Source of the DNA: a virus
DNA length: 64,000 nt
IMG/VR virus record: IMGVR_UViG_3300045988_168232
Span: 32,001-96,000 of that record
Reading direction: 5' to 3' (one strand)
Numbering within the stretch: position 1 is the stretch's first letter; each line of letters starts with the position of its first letter. Under the pieces are notes generated by a model, which saw nothing but the letters and a program-made list of their open reading frames with translations, made no database searches and had not been told where the DNA came from. Of the stretch, positions 54,092-64,000 are shown piece by piece. The translations under genes and the position numbers were made by a program.

Positions 54092-54491
54092 AGTATATTT
54101 GTCGAAGCCGGTAGGCTCTTGGCATAATACTCAATATGTATATTCGCTTTGTAGAGCCACCACGTTCAACATTGCGATGCAAATATAAGTGTATATTTTA
54201 GACTGTGCAAATATTTTTGTGGTAAAAACATGTATAATTAAATATTTAACATTTCTAAACATAAACTCTCTCTTCTTATATATTTATGTACGCACGTGAA
54301 TACGATATTTATTGACTTGTTTGGTGTACATGTTTGTTTGTATGTATAATATTGAATACCAGTTGATTAATAAATATTTAATATACATATAGAAAAATAT
54401 TTTGAAAATATTTTGATTATCTAAAATCTTTTTCTCACCTTTGCCAATGAAATATTTGATGTACAACATAAATCTATCGTAAAATGAAAAC

Positions 54492-55019
54492 ATGATTAGA
54501 GGAAAAGGAAAATTGATTAAGGTGGCGGGAAACACAGTGGCTGATGAATTTTATCGAGCGTGTGAAAAGCTGCCGGACAATGACAATTATTTGTTTGTTA
54601 TTTGTGACGATACGAAAAATAGGAATTTACCTTATTTATCCTATTTTTTTTCCGTAGTATTAAAATACATTTCGGATTCTTTACCGGACCATCCGGGTAC
54701 TACGGCTCTCTACAAATATTTTGAGGATATGTTTGCTCCGATACATACCGTCAAAATAAACAATAAGCAGTTTGAATATTGCGAATTAAAATCGGAGAAA
54801 GCAAGTGATGTCAACAACATTATAGAGAAGGTTGTTGAATATGCCCTAAAGGAATGGGGCATTGAGGTTCCCAGACAAGAGGACTTGAAAGACCCTGAAG
54901 TTAGGGAACTGCATAGCCAAGCCTACCTGAATCAGGAGGTAGAATGGAGCAATTTTATCTCTTCGCGCAAAAAAATATCTAAAGATGAGCGAAGAAACAA
55001 GAAAACTGAGCGCATTTGA
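54492..55019 (+). CDS. hypothetical protein
   Basis: 175-aa ORF, first gene of the rightward replication block. Confidence 0.5.
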   Translation: MIRGKGKLIKVAGNTVADEFYRACEKLPDNDNYLFVICDDTKNRNLPYLSYFFSVVLKYISDSLPDHPGTTALYKYFEDMFAPIHTVKINNKQFEYCELKSEKASDVNNIIEKVVEYALKEWGIEVPRQEDLKDPEVRELHSQAYLNQEVEWSNFISSRKKISKDERRNKKTERI

Positions 55020-56436
55020 AGCGTTCGCCCAAACCCAGCAAACGTATGCTGAAGCTGAAGAAAAAGCAAAACAAGAAGCCGGTTCCCCCAAAGTTGAGCG
55101 TTTTAGAATAGGAGAAGATGGCGAGTATTCAATCCGCATTTTGCCTTTGGCTCCTAATTTTGATGAAAATGGCAATATCTTGCCTATGGAGCGTAAGGGA
55201 TATGAGTATGCGGTTCATCAATTCTTTTTAACTATTAAAGCACCTGCCAAAAAAGGCGGTAAGGCAAAGAAACTGAGCATTCCAGTTATTCGTACTACAG
55301 ACAAAGAGGTAGGTTTTTCTGTTGACTTGATTGACACTTATCTCAAGATTGCCAAAGAAATGTATGCTGATGATGAAAAGTTGATCAAGTTCATATCAGA
55401 CAACGCATACAGTGGCGGTCTCCGTTGGAATTACCAACACGCAATCATGGTTCTTGATGTTTCAAGTGATAAAGAACGTGCAAAAGGTCCGCAATTATGG
55501 CAATGTTCGCATAGCCAGTATAAGGATATTGATTCAGCAAAAATGCGTCTGTGGAAGGAATTGAGAGAAGATGGTGAACAAGAAACATGTCCGATTTCCA
55601 GCTTTACTGATGCCTATCCTGTTAAGGTTATTCGTAGTAATAATAATGGCAAGACTGAATATACTGTTGAAATTGGTCGTAAAACACTTAATATCAAAGA
55701 GGAGGAAGCTGAGAAATTGCTTGAACTTCCTCGTATTCCCGAACAATTGTATCGTTATACAAGATACCAGTTTGAAGCAACTTTGGTATTCTTGCAGCAA
55801 TATGATGAAGAGCACGACATGGAAGTATGTAAGGAGCCAGACTTCATAGAGGCTGTAGAGAAACTGAAAGGTGAGCTTCCAGCAGATGATAATTCACACT
55901 TTGATTTAAGTGGTGCTGCTTCTAAGGATAGTAGTAAGGAAGAAACTACTATTGATTCTTTATGGGCCGAATATGATGTTATCGTTGACCAAGATTTGAA
56001 TGAAAAATCTGATGAATATCAGGAGCTTCGTGAAAAGATTCGTCAATTTATCGAAGATAATGGCATTGATGTTCGTATTTCTCGTTCAAAGAACAATCAG
56101 CAGTTGCTGGAAGAAATTGATGAGGCGTTAGATGAAAAGGCTAAGAATAAGCCAAAAGAAGAAAAGAAAGAAGAGACTGTTGCACAGCCATCTCGTCGTG
56201 CTCCGAAACCTAAAGTTGAAGAGCCGGAAGATAAACCAGAAAACGGTGATGAAAATGATGGTGATGTCAAAACGGAAGAAGAAAAAGTGGATGAAACACC
56301 TCGCCGCCGCCGTGCTCGGCCTGGTAGAGAAGAGAGTGAAGAAGCTCCAGCAGAAAAAACTGAAGATGAGACATCTGAATCTGCTACAGAAGAAGAGGCT
56401 CCACGTCGCAGACTTCATTCCCGTCGTTTAAGATAA
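54985..56436 (+). CDS. gp32-like single-stranded DNA-binding protein candidate
   Basis: GEDGEYSIRILPLAPN and WNYQHAIMVLDV...GPQLWQCSHSQYKDI parallel T4 gp32 segments as I recall them. It also has a long acidic/basic C-terminal tail. Confidence 0.5.
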   Translation: MSEETRKLSAFEAFAQTQQTYAEAEEKAKQEAGSPKVERFRIGEDGEYSIRILPLAPNFDENGNILPMERKGYEYAVHQFFLTIKAPAKKGGKAKKLSIPVIRTTDKEVGFSVDLIDTYLKIAKEMYADDEKLIKFISDNAYSGGLRWNYQHAIMVLDVSSDKERAKGPQLWQCSHSQYKDIDSAKMRLWKELREDGEQETCPISSFTDAYPVKVIRSNNNGKTEYTVEIGRKTLNIKEEEAEKLLELPRIPEQLYRYTRYQFEATLVFLQQYDEEHDMEVCKEPDFIEAVEKLKGELPADDNSHFDLSGAASKDSSKEETTIDSLWAEYDVIVDQDLNEKSDEYQELREKIRQFIEDNGIDVRISRSKNNQQLLEEIDEALDEKAKNKPKEEKKEETVAQPSRRAPKPKVEEPEDKPENGDENDGDVKTEEEKVDETPRRRRARPGREESEEAPAEKTEDETSESATEEEAPRRRLHSRRLR

Positions 56437-56469
56437 CTCAATCTTTAGATAATAATTGTGTGTTTCAGA

Positions 56470-56505
56470 GGGGGCATTTGGATATGTCCTATGCCCCCTT
56501 ATTTT
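56470..56505 (+). terminator. rho-independent terminator
   Basis: gggggcat/atgccccc stem followed by TTATTTT. Confidence 0.6.
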
Positions 56506-56530
56506 CTAATCTTAATCATAGACAGGTATA

Positions 56531-57565
56531 ATGAAGGACGCTATAGCTTTATTAATCAATGACATCCATGTTAATAAAGACAATATTTCTGACTTTAATC
56601 AGAATTGGGATGAAATGCTTACAATATGTAAACGTGAAAATATCGCCGACATTGTGGTCGGTGGTGATATGTTTACTTCAAGGGCATCACAAACGCTTGC
56701 TACGCTACTTGCTGTCAAACATGCTTTAGATAAGGCTGTTGCTCAGGGCATATATGTAACTATTGCAGAGGGAAACCATGACCAAATAGATCAGGAATCA
56801 TTTGAGGGCTATAATCATTTATGGGTAGGACAAAAAGGCATTGAAGTCATAGATGTATATAAGGTTTTGATGTGGGAGGATTGTGATTTTGTTCTGCTTG
56901 TGATGAGTTATTTTCCGGAGGACGGATCATTTTTGGAACGCATGTGGCATGCAGTCCAAGACACATTGCAACAGTACCCGAATATTTCTAAGAGTGATAT
57001 TGTCCTATATATTCATCAGGGGGTTCATGGGGCATTAGGGGAGTTTGAAATTTCCAGTGAATTGCCACAAGAACCATTGCTTGGCTTTAAAGCAGTATTG
57101 TGTGGGCACTATCATAATCGCGTAAAAATCAAGAATACAAATATTGAATATATAGGTTCTTCACGCCAGGGGAATTTTGGTGAAGATGAAGAGAAAGGAT
57201 ACACTATATTGTATTCCGATGGTTCTTATGGATTTGTGAAGAATGAGGTTAATACCCGTTATAAAACAATCGAATTAAATGCGGATAGGGCTGATAATTT
57301 CCAATTTGACAAGGATGAACGGTACAAGTATAAGGTCAAAGTAAAATGTAATGAAAAACAGGCTAAACTTTTTGACAAGCAGAAGCTATTGGACTTAGGT
57401 TTTCATAAAGTTGAAGTGGTTACTGAAAATATTGTGTCTAAAGAATCCGCAGCGTCTGGTATTCAAGAGAAGTATGACAAACAAGGAATTAAAAAGGAGT
57501 ATCAGAATTATTGCAATGAAAATTCAATAGACAGCAGACTGGGTATCAAATATTTGGAGGGTTAA
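56531..57565 (+). CDS. SbcD/Mre11-like nuclease (T4 gp47-like)
   Basis: Calcineurin-like phosphoesterase motifs in order: NDIHV, GGDMF, EGNHD, IHQG, GHYHN. Confidence 0.85.
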   Translation: MKDAIALLINDIHVNKDNISDFNQNWDEMLTICKRENIADIVVGGDMFTSRASQTLATLLAVKHALDKAVAQGIYVTIAEGNHDQIDQESFEGYNHLWVGQKGIEVIDVYKVLMWEDCDFVLLVMSYFPEDGSFLERMWHAVQDTLQQYPNISKSDIVLYIHQGVHGALGEFEISSELPQEPLLGFKAVLCGHYHNRVKIKNTNIEYIGSSRQGNFGEDEEKGYTILYSDGSYGFVKNEVNTRYKTIELNADRADNFQFDKDERYKYKVKVKCNEKQAKLFDKQKLLDLGFHKVEVVTENIVSKESAASGIQEKYDKQGIKKEYQNYCNENSIDSRLGIKYLEG

Positions 57566-57568
57566 GCT

Positions 57569-59938
57569 ATGTGGAAATTATTAGAAATAAAAATCAACAA
57601 TATTATCTCTTTTCGTGAAGCGTCACTCTCCATAGAGCAAGGGGTTGCTACGCTTATATTTGGCAAGAATGAGGACAATTCCTCTCAGCCTTGTAATGGT
57701 TCTGGAAAATCATCATTGATAGAGGCTATCTCTTTTGCACTCACAGGTGAGCAGTTGCGTAAAGTAAAGAGCGTGGAGGAAATCATAAACGATCACGCTG
57801 ATGATGCTTATGTGTATGTTAGGTTGGGAAATGATTACAATAACACCATATTCACAATAGAGCGTACCATTAGTCGTAACGCTCCGCAAAGTATTGAATG
57901 CCATAAGTATGATTCTTTTGGTGAAGAGATTGAGATAGACAAGACCGTTCAACCTACAGTCTTGGATTATAATAAGTTTATTCTCAGTGAGATTGGATTA
58001 ACTAAGGATGATATTTATAATAATTTTATCCTTTGTGATAACAAATACGAGGGTTTCTTTGATTGCTCTGACAAAAACAAGAAAGAAATAATCAACCGCT
58101 TCAGTAATGGCATTATCATTGATGATAGTATCGCTCGTGTACAAGCGGATATGCTTCCTGTGGAGTCTGAACTTACAGAAGCGAATAATAAAGTTATCAA
58201 TGTAAAAGGTTCTATTTCGGCTATCGAAAATGAGCTGGAGCATGTTGACGAGAAGAAAGCCAATGCCAGACAGGAACGTGAAGTGCGTATTGAACGGTTG
58301 GATAGGCAGATACAAAAGTGTCGTGATGATATTGAGGTTGCCGAGGACAAGCAGCGGAAAGCGGAAGTAAGACTGGAATTGTTGCATAAACTTCAGGACG
58401 AGGTACTGGATTTGGAAGAATCCGATTTGTCGTTATTGGAAGCATATGGTCGTGTAAAAACAATTTGTTTAGAAAATGAACTGGAAGCTGTCAGTGAGTT
58501 TGACGTTTTGTCTGAAAAATATAAGAACCAGTTAGTTGAACAGCAGGAAGATATAAAGGACATAAAAGCCAAGATTGATGATGCGGAAACTATATTTCTC
58601 AAGCGTAAGGATGAATACAGAAAATGTTCTGACTTATACCAGAGTCATCGTGACGAGGAATTAAAGCTGAGTGCCGATGATGTGGCTCTGAAGGAAAAAA
58701 TCAATGGCGAAATTGATAATATAGAGAAAAAGCTGGATAAAATCGAAGATGATATTAATTCCAACAAGAAGCGCCAGGCTGAATTGGAAACTATGATTGC
58801 CCGAAACTCTGCTTTGATGGATGGTGTAATTATTTGTCCTAAATGTCAACATAATTTTTTTGTTGATGGCGATGTTTCTGTTGATGATGTAAGGAAAACT
58901 TTGATCAGCCTTCGTACTGAAATGGAGGAGAAGAAAACAGAAGTCAAGAAGTTGGTGGAAGAATTCGATCTTATTGATGAGAAGTGTGAGGCTAAGAGTG
59001 AAGAAGTAAATGCTATCGTTAAAAAGGCCAAGAACCGTACCAATGCACTTGAGGAAGAGTATCGTGCATTAAGAACATTATCTTCTGAAGTTGACAATGC
59101 GGAAAGCAATGTGAATAATCTTCGTAAAAAATTGGTTGCTTCCGAAAATGAGCTTGACCGTTTGAATGGAAAGATAGAGGTGATGCGTAATCGTCTTTTT
59201 GGAGAAATAACTAGCATCTTGGAGGGCCGTATCATGAATGGAAAAAGCTATATAGAGCAACAGGTTTCTTCCATTACGTTTGCCAAAGGGCAAATGTGTC
59301 AGTATCAGCAGTCAAAGAAAGAACTTGTTGAGACTCCTGAAACAGATTTTGCGACTTCATTGAAAGAATCATTGGAAAAGTATCAGAATGAGCTACAAAA
59401 AGCAGAGGAAATTGCATCGGAGATACAGTCTGAGTACAATAAGCTGAAAGAGCAGGAACTTAACTTCACAATGTTCAAGTCGTACATAGCGAACAAGAAG
59501 ATTGATGCCCTTTCTCTTATTGTGAATGATTTCTTAGAAAAGATTGGCTCTGATATCCGTTTAAAATTAGAGGGATTTACTGTTACAAAGACCGGTAAGT
59601 TTAGAGATAAGATTTCTGTCCAAGTAATGCGTGATGGCATTGATTGTGGTTCCTACCATAAGTTTTCTGGTGGTGAAAAGGCACGGTTGAATCTGGCGTG
59701 TATTTTGTCATTGCACACTCTTACAAATTCTAATTGTGAGGATGGTAAAGGCTTGGACTTCATTATTATAGATGAGCTGCTCGATAAGTCTGATGAGGTT
59801 GGCATGGCGACTTATTGCGAAGCATTAAATAAACTTGGCCAAACAGCTTTGCTTATTACTCAGGGTGGCATATCTGAAGGATATCCGCATAAGCTATTAA
59901 TAGTTAAGAAACAAGGTGTTTCAACAATCCTTAAATAA
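57569..59938 (+). CDS. SbcC/Rad50-like ATPase (T4 gp46-like)
   Basis: Walker A NGSGKSS, long coiled coils with a CPKC zinc hook, signature FSGGEKARL and Walker B FIIIDE. Confidence 0.88.
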   Translation: MWKLLEIKINNIISFREASLSIEQGVATLIFGKNEDNSSQPCNGSGKSSLIEAISFALTGEQLRKVKSVEEIINDHADDAYVYVRLGNDYNNTIFTIERTISRNAPQSIECHKYDSFGEEIEIDKTVQPTVLDYNKFILSEIGLTKDDIYNNFILCDNKYEGFFDCSDKNKKEIINRFSNGIIIDDSIARVQADMLPVESELTEANNKVINVKGSISAIENELEHVDEKKANARQEREVRIERLDRQIQKCRDDIEVAEDKQRKAEVRLELLHKLQDEVLDLEESDLSLLEAYGRVKTICLENELEAVSEFDVLSEKYKNQLVEQQEDIKDIKAKIDDAETIFLKRKDEYRKCSDLYQSHRDEELKLSADDVALKEKINGEIDNIEKKLDKIEDDINSNKKRQAELETMIARNSALMDGVIICPKCQHNFFVDGDVSVDDVRKTLISLRTEMEEKKTEVKKLVEEFDLIDEKCEAKSEEVNAIVKKAKNRTNALEEEYRALRTLSSEVDNAESNVNNLRKKLVASENELDRLNGKIEVMRNRLFGEITSILEGRIMNGKSYIEQQVSSITFAKGQMCQYQQSKKELVETPETDFATSLKESLEKYQNELQKAEEIASEIQSEYNKLKEQELNFTMFKSYIANKKIDALSLIVNDFLEKIGSDIRLKLEGFTVTKTGKFRDKISVQVMRDGIDCGSYHKFSGGEKARLNLACILSLHTLTNSNCEDGKGLDFIIIDELLDKSDEVGMATYCEALNKLGQTALLITQGGISEGYPHKLLIVKKQGVSTILK

Positions 59939-59945
59939 TAGTATT

Positions 59946-60446
59946 ATGCAGAAATTGACAGAAGAATATGTAAGCCAACTCAAAAGAGGTGATATCATGG
60001 CATTTGATGTAGCCACTCATTGTGGTTACTATACTCTTGGTGATTATGGAACCGCTCATTTCCCAAATACAGAAAAGGCCCCTAAAAAAATGGGGCTTGA
60101 CTATGCGCAACATAAGGCTTTTAGAAAATGGCTTATAGATATTTTGACCTCTCATAATATCAAAGCTGTTGCGGCAGAAGATGTTGTGTTCGGTCATTTT
60201 GTGGACTTCAGAAAACTTTGTGAATTTAGGGGTATTTTGTTTGAAGTATGCGAAACGCTGGATATACCAATAGTGACTTTTAAGCCATCTGACATAAAGA
60301 AGCATGGTACTGGTAAGGGTAATGCGGATAAAAAGATGATGATGGAGTTTGCAGAAAAGCGTTATCACATTGAGGTAAATGGTGACGATAATCTTGCTGA
60401 TGCGATTCATATCTACATGTATTTCATTCATCGGTATAAACTTTAA
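59946..60446 (+). CDS. RuvC-like Holliday junction resolvase
   Basis: MAFDVATHCGY (Asp), AAEDVVFG (Glu) and DNLADAIHI (Asp/His) in RuvC order. The ATG at 59946 avoids overlap with the upstream gene. Confidence 0.62.
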   Translation: MQKLTEEYVSQLKRGDIMAFDVATHCGYYTLGDYGTAHFPNTEKAPKKMGLDYAQHKAFRKWLIDILTSHNIKAVAAEDVVFGHFVDFRKLCEFRGILFEVCETLDIPIVTFKPSDIKKHGTGKGNADKKMMMEFAEKRYHIEVNGDDNLADAIHIYMYFIHRYKL

Positions 60447-60492
60447 TAAGTGGCGGTATGATTGGAATTTATTTAGAAAATCAAATCAATAA

Positions 60493-61170
60493 ATGCAGTT
60501 TATGTCATCAAAAATGCCGTTAAAACCGGACAAATCAACTGTTAAATGTAAGCAGTTAAGTCCAAGTGAAAAAGAAATACTTTTCAATAAGTACATTGTT
60601 CCTAATTTCAGTAGCATAAAAAGTCTTACAAGGAGATATACTGACCATTATCAGGATGTTGATGAAAATTACAATTACTGTCTGGCCCAATTATTCAATT
60701 ACATTGGATCATACAATCCAGAGCAGAAACTTGATACATGGATTCATATTTGCGTCAAACGAGCGTGTTTTCATCAAAATAAAAAACGTGCAGAAGATGC
60801 TTCACATTGGACCGATATAGAAATGTGTACCAATGAAGACATTTATCAAAATGGAACGAATATGATTGTTGATGCGGGATTCGGAACATTGATAGATAAT
60901 ATATCAGATCAAATGTATAACGCATTAATGCAAATACCTTCACAGAGATTATCTCCATTTATGATGTATGTACAAGGACATCGTATAAGGGAGATAACTG
61001 CTGCAGAATGGAGAATGGGGCATCTTGAAAAACGAAGTGAAGATGTTGTGAAAAGTCGGATATATTGGGCTAAAAGAGAATTGCAATACATACTCAGACA
61101 ATATGGAATTACAAGAAAGAACCGTAAAGGTCCGGAAAATGATCGAGACTGTAGTGAAGAGGACGATTAA
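60493..61170 (+). CDS. ECF-like sigma-70 family factor
   Basis: Region-2-like DENYNYCLAQLFNYIGSYNPEQKLDTWIHICVKRACFHQNKKR and region-4-like LSPFMMYVQGHRIREITAAEW...VKSRIYWAKRELQ. Confidence 0.58.
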   Translation: MQFMSSKMPLKPDKSTVKCKQLSPSEKEILFNKYIVPNFSSIKSLTRRYTDHYQDVDENYNYCLAQLFNYIGSYNPEQKLDTWIHICVKRACFHQNKKRAEDASHWTDIEMCTNEDIYQNGTNMIVDAGFGTLIDNISDQMYNALMQIPSQRLSPFMMYVQGHRIREITAAEWRMGHLEKRSEDVVKSRIYWAKRELQYILRQYGITRKNRKGPENDRDCSEEDD

Positions 61171-61732
61171 TCCTAAATGGAGGTTTACTCAAAGTGGTAT
61201 TGCTGCAATCTATTTACAAAATGGGTTGCAGCAACTACCCTCCTTGTTCGGGGTATCGGATATTGATGATGAGAGAATTGTAGATTATCTCATTTATCAG
61301 TTGTATCGAATGCGCTCATTTATTGCAGATGGTTCATGGCAGTATACTTGGTTGTTTTCTAATTCTGCTATGGACAAATTCAAAAAGCAATTTTTAAGTG
61401 CTGACGGAAAATCTGGAATGAATTATTATATCAATCAATGGTTGGATGAGGCAGAATTATCACGTAGTAAATTAACAGTGATGATAGCACAGCCAAAACC
61501 TAACCCATTAAGAAAAATGATTTATTTGGCTTCAGAAGAGCCGATAAAAAAGAGGTTCCTGAATACAGAAGATGGACTGGCGTTATGCCAGCGTTCGACT
61601 ACAGGTTGGAGTCCGCTGTCTGAAACTTGTGGACAATGTGATTACTGGGCTGAGTGTGGAAAAATGACCGCTAAAAAGTACCCAGAACTTATGCGGTTCA
61701 GAAAAGAAGAATATGGCAGGAAAGAAAAATGA
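61139..61732 (+). CDS. hypothetical protein
   Basis: The internal ATG (MIETVVK) reduces the overlap with the sigma gene. C-terminal CGQCDYWAECG. Confidence 0.45.
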   Translation: MIETVVKRTINPKWRFTQSGIAAIYLQNGLQQLPSLFGVSDIDDERIVDYLIYQLYRMRSFIADGSWQYTWLFSNSAMDKFKKQFLSADGKSGMNYYINQWLDEAELSRSKLTVMIAQPKPNPLRKMIYLASEEPIKKRFLNTEDGLALCQRSTTGWSPLSETCGQCDYWAECGKMTAKKYPELMRFRKEEYGRKEK

Positions 61733-63068
61733 TAATGTATTGACATCTGAGTTTTTGGCAGAATTGTATAATTGTGCCATAACGAACAATCAAATTTGTT
61801 CAGTAGTGTCAAGATACATGGAAGATTCGTTTCTTCCAGATCAACAATACCAGATGCTAAATTCTGCATTAAAGAGTTATTTTGCAGAGTATAAGACCGC
61901 ACCGCAATATGGTATCATTACGCAGCGTTTATCCTCTTCAAGAGCAGTTTCAGAATTACTGGAAGAGATTCGTGAAGTGGCGACAAGCGTAGATATGGAC
62001 GGTATCAGAGATCAGTTTGAAGAGTATTTGAAATTGGTTCAGTTCAAGAAGATTTTTAAGGAAGTTTCTAAAAAATATGAGGATGGTGAGCGTATCAATG
62101 CAATGATGTCCTTTACAAGAGAGGCCATGAAGTTGCAGCAATTTTCATTAAAACCGGAAGAGTTTATTGATATTGCTCAAACTTATGAAGAACGATTGAG
62201 AGAAAATAAGGTTCGTAATGATAATCCTGTTTCTAAAATGGTCAATAGTTTTTATATTGATGGATTGGATGAACTGAATCAAGGTAGAAATTTGCGAACA
62301 CAGCTGTCGTTATTCCTTGCTATGTCAGGTGTTGGTAAAAGTCATATAGCACGTTGGATAGGATACAATGCTGCATATATAAGTGGACTTGATGTATTAC
62401 ATATCCAATTGGAAGGTGCCGCATCAGAAACAACAGATGCTTATTCTGCAATGTTGAGTGGTACAACAACTTATGAATATGAGAGCGGAAAGGTCAATAA
62501 TCATACATTAGAGCATTTAAAAAGTCTGCTTGATACTTATAAAGGGACATTGAAAGTAAAGGCTTACCCTAAATTTGGCAAAGAAGTATCGACTACAGAT
62601 ATTAGAACTGATTGTGATAAATATAGGGAAAAATTTGGGAAATACCCAGATGTTGTGATTGTCGATTCTCTTGACCTTTGTACTGATTCTTCAGGAAAAA
62701 ACTGGGATGCGAAATCATTGCGACATAAACGTATCGCCACAGCACAAGACTTAAAAGACCTTGCTGGTGAAATAGATGGCTGGTTAGTTGTAACGTATCA
62801 GGCTACGATTGAAAATCCTGAATGGGTGAATGATGAGAAGAATGTGCTTACAGCATTTAATACATCTGAATGTAAGGGGTTACAGAGACCTTGTACACAT
62901 CTTATATCGTTGAATCAAAGCAAGAAGGAATATCGCGAGGGAACTATGAGGCTTTATGCTGATAAGTTTAGATTTTGTAAAAAGGGAGAGCCTTTTAGGA
63001 TTGCTTTAGACTATGAGCATGAAGTTTTCTATGATAGGGTGCGAACATTAAATTTACCGCAGGAATAA
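61713..63068 (+). CDS. DnaB/RecA-superfamily replicative helicase
   Basis: Walker A AMSGVGKSH and Walker B VVIVDSLD. Sits adjacent to the primase gene. Confidence 0.68.
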   Translation: MAGKKNDNVLTSEFLAELYNCAITNNQICSVVSRYMEDSFLPDQQYQMLNSALKSYFAEYKTAPQYGIITQRLSSSRAVSELLEEIREVATSVDMDGIRDQFEEYLKLVQFKKIFKEVSKKYEDGERINAMMSFTREAMKLQQFSLKPEEFIDIAQTYEERLRENKVRNDNPVSKMVNSFYIDGLDELNQGRNLRTQLSLFLAMSGVGKSHIARWIGYNAAYISGLDVLHIQLEGAASETTDAYSAMLSGTTTYEYESGKVNNHTLEHLKSLLDTYKGTLKVKAYPKFGKEVSTTDIRTDCDKYREKFGKYPDVVIVDSLDLCTDSSGKNWDAKSLRHKRIATAQDLKDLAGEIDGWLVVTYQATIENPEWVNDEKNVLTAFNTSECKGLQRPCTHLISLNQSKKEYREGTMRLYADKFRFCKKGEPFRIALDYEHEVFYDRVRTLNLPQE

Positions 63069-63103
63069 ATGATTAAAGCAGTTAAATAAGCTGATTACAC
63101 ACA

Positions 63104-64000
63104 ATGATTATCACACCAGAAATGCAGCGTTCCATTACAGAAGAGCTGCTCTATGACTTTAGAGGCAAGATGGACGGGTCTCGCCGGAATATACTTATAC
63201 AACATTGTCCTTTCTGTGGACATGACGGTTTTAAGTATGGTATTTATGTTGGAAACAATCTTGGAAAGAAGCGCTTTGGTATGTCTAATTGCTATCATTG
63301 TAACAGACGATATGGTTCATTGAAGGAAACTCTGAAAGCACTTGGAAGAGAGGATTTACTTCCAAAAGAAACAGCGCAACTTGATGACTCAGAAACAGAT
63401 ATTTCATCCATGTTTGACGATGAAATAGATGATGAATTGGTTGACGCAGTAATGCCGAATGGTTATAAACGCTGCTACAGAAATAGCTATTTGAAATCAC
63501 GTGGTTGGGTTATGGATGATTATGAATATTTCCCGGTTGGTACTAATCGTGGTTTTGATAGAGAGTACAATGATTATATTATTTTAGAGGTTCGTGATGA
63601 GGGTCGATGCGTTGGATTTGTTGCACGTAGCATTCTTAGTAAAGATGAGATAGATTCATATAATTCCAGACATCATTTTAAGATACGTCGATATAAAAAT
63701 TCAGATGAACGTATGGGTAATGGATTTTCTAAAATGTTATATAATTATGATGCTATTGAAACAATGACTACTCACTCTGTAATTCTGTGCGAAGGGCCAT
63801 TCGATGTTGTTGGGCTTAATCGAAAATTAGAACTTTATGACAACAAACATATTGTTCCGGTAGCAACTTTCGGCAAAAAGATTAGTCAGGAGCAAATGTT
63901 TAAGTTGCAGAAAAAAGGTGTTGAACAAATTGTGATAGGTTATGACAATGACGCAAAAGAAACCACATCCAGAATTGCTATGGAATTGGAAAAATACTTT
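63104..64000 (+). CDS. DNA primase (zinc finger + TOPRIM), partial, runs off the right edge
   Basis: Hand-translated: CPFCGH...CYHCN zinc ribbon, then TOPRIM LCEGPFDVVG and GYDNDA. No stop before position 64000. Confidence 0.8.
   Translation, partial: MIITPEMQRSITEELLYDFRGKMDGSRRNILIQHCPFCGHDGFKYGIYVGNNLGKKRFGMSNCYHCNRRYGSLKETLKALGREDLLPKETAQLDDSETDISSMFDDEIDDELVDAVMPNGYKRCYRNSYLKSRGWVMDDYEYFPVGTNRGFDREYNDYIILEVRDEGRCVGFVARSILSKDEIDSYNSRHHFKIRRYKNSDERMGNGFSKMLYNYDAIETMTTHSVILCEGPFDVVGLNRKLELYDNKHIVPVATFGKKISQEQMFKLQKKGVEQIVIGYDNDAKETTSRIAMELEKYF

Noticed and set aside
1-64000. Prophage boundaries or att sites and flanking host genes
   Set aside because: Every recognisable gene in the window is phage-like, and both edges fall inside phage ORFs. 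No host housekeeping gene or tRNA is present to anchor an integration site.

Overview
This AT-rich window is densely coded and looks like one contiguous piece of a large tailed-phage genome. A Bacteroidales-type host is inferred from TAnnTTTG-like promoters, the absence of clear Shine-Dalgarno sites, an anaerobic ribonucleotide reductase, and DUF4406/DUF4494-like proteins. The layout runs as follows. (i) 1-13.7 kb is a leftward block of small early or accessory genes. It includes signal-peptide proteins, a short tyrosine recombinase and a dUTPase, and it is interrupted by a 2.2-kb ORF-poor stretch at 4.2-6.45 kb. (ii) 13.9-46.4 kb is a rightward virion module: portal, MuF-like protein, ClpP-like protease/scaffold, major capsid, sheath-like protein, tube, chaperone, a second sheath-like paralog, a 2078-aa tape measure, baseplate and fibres. 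(iii) 46.6-48.1 kb is a self-contained cassette encoding an HslV/proteasome-beta-like protein. (iv) 48.2-53.3 kb is a leftward block with nrdD and nrdG. (v) 53.3-54.5 kb is a 1.2-kb ORF-free, hairpin-rich gap. (vi) 54.5-64 kb is a rightward replication and recombination module: gp32-like SSB, Mre11/Rad50-like nuclease, RuvC-like resolvase, ECF-like sigma factor, DnaB-like helicase and primase. The strongest finding is a complete diversity-generating retroelement (DGR) inside the tail-fibre module. Its parts are a target gene at 39945-40751, a variable repeat (VR) at 40635-40746, an Avd accessory gene, a template repeat (TR) at 41513-41624 and a reverse transcriptase (RT). VR and TR differ at 12 of 112 positions, and every difference falls on a TR adenine. 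Other leads are a Trp-rich motif present in 9 copies across three fibre-locus proteins, duplicated sheath-like genes, a possible -1 frameshift in the tail chaperone, recurrent intergenic motifs (GTTTCACTTT and ACTATTATA/ATTATATAAT), and two ORF-poor regions that may encode structured RNAs. All function calls come from reading motifs by eye; no database search was run.
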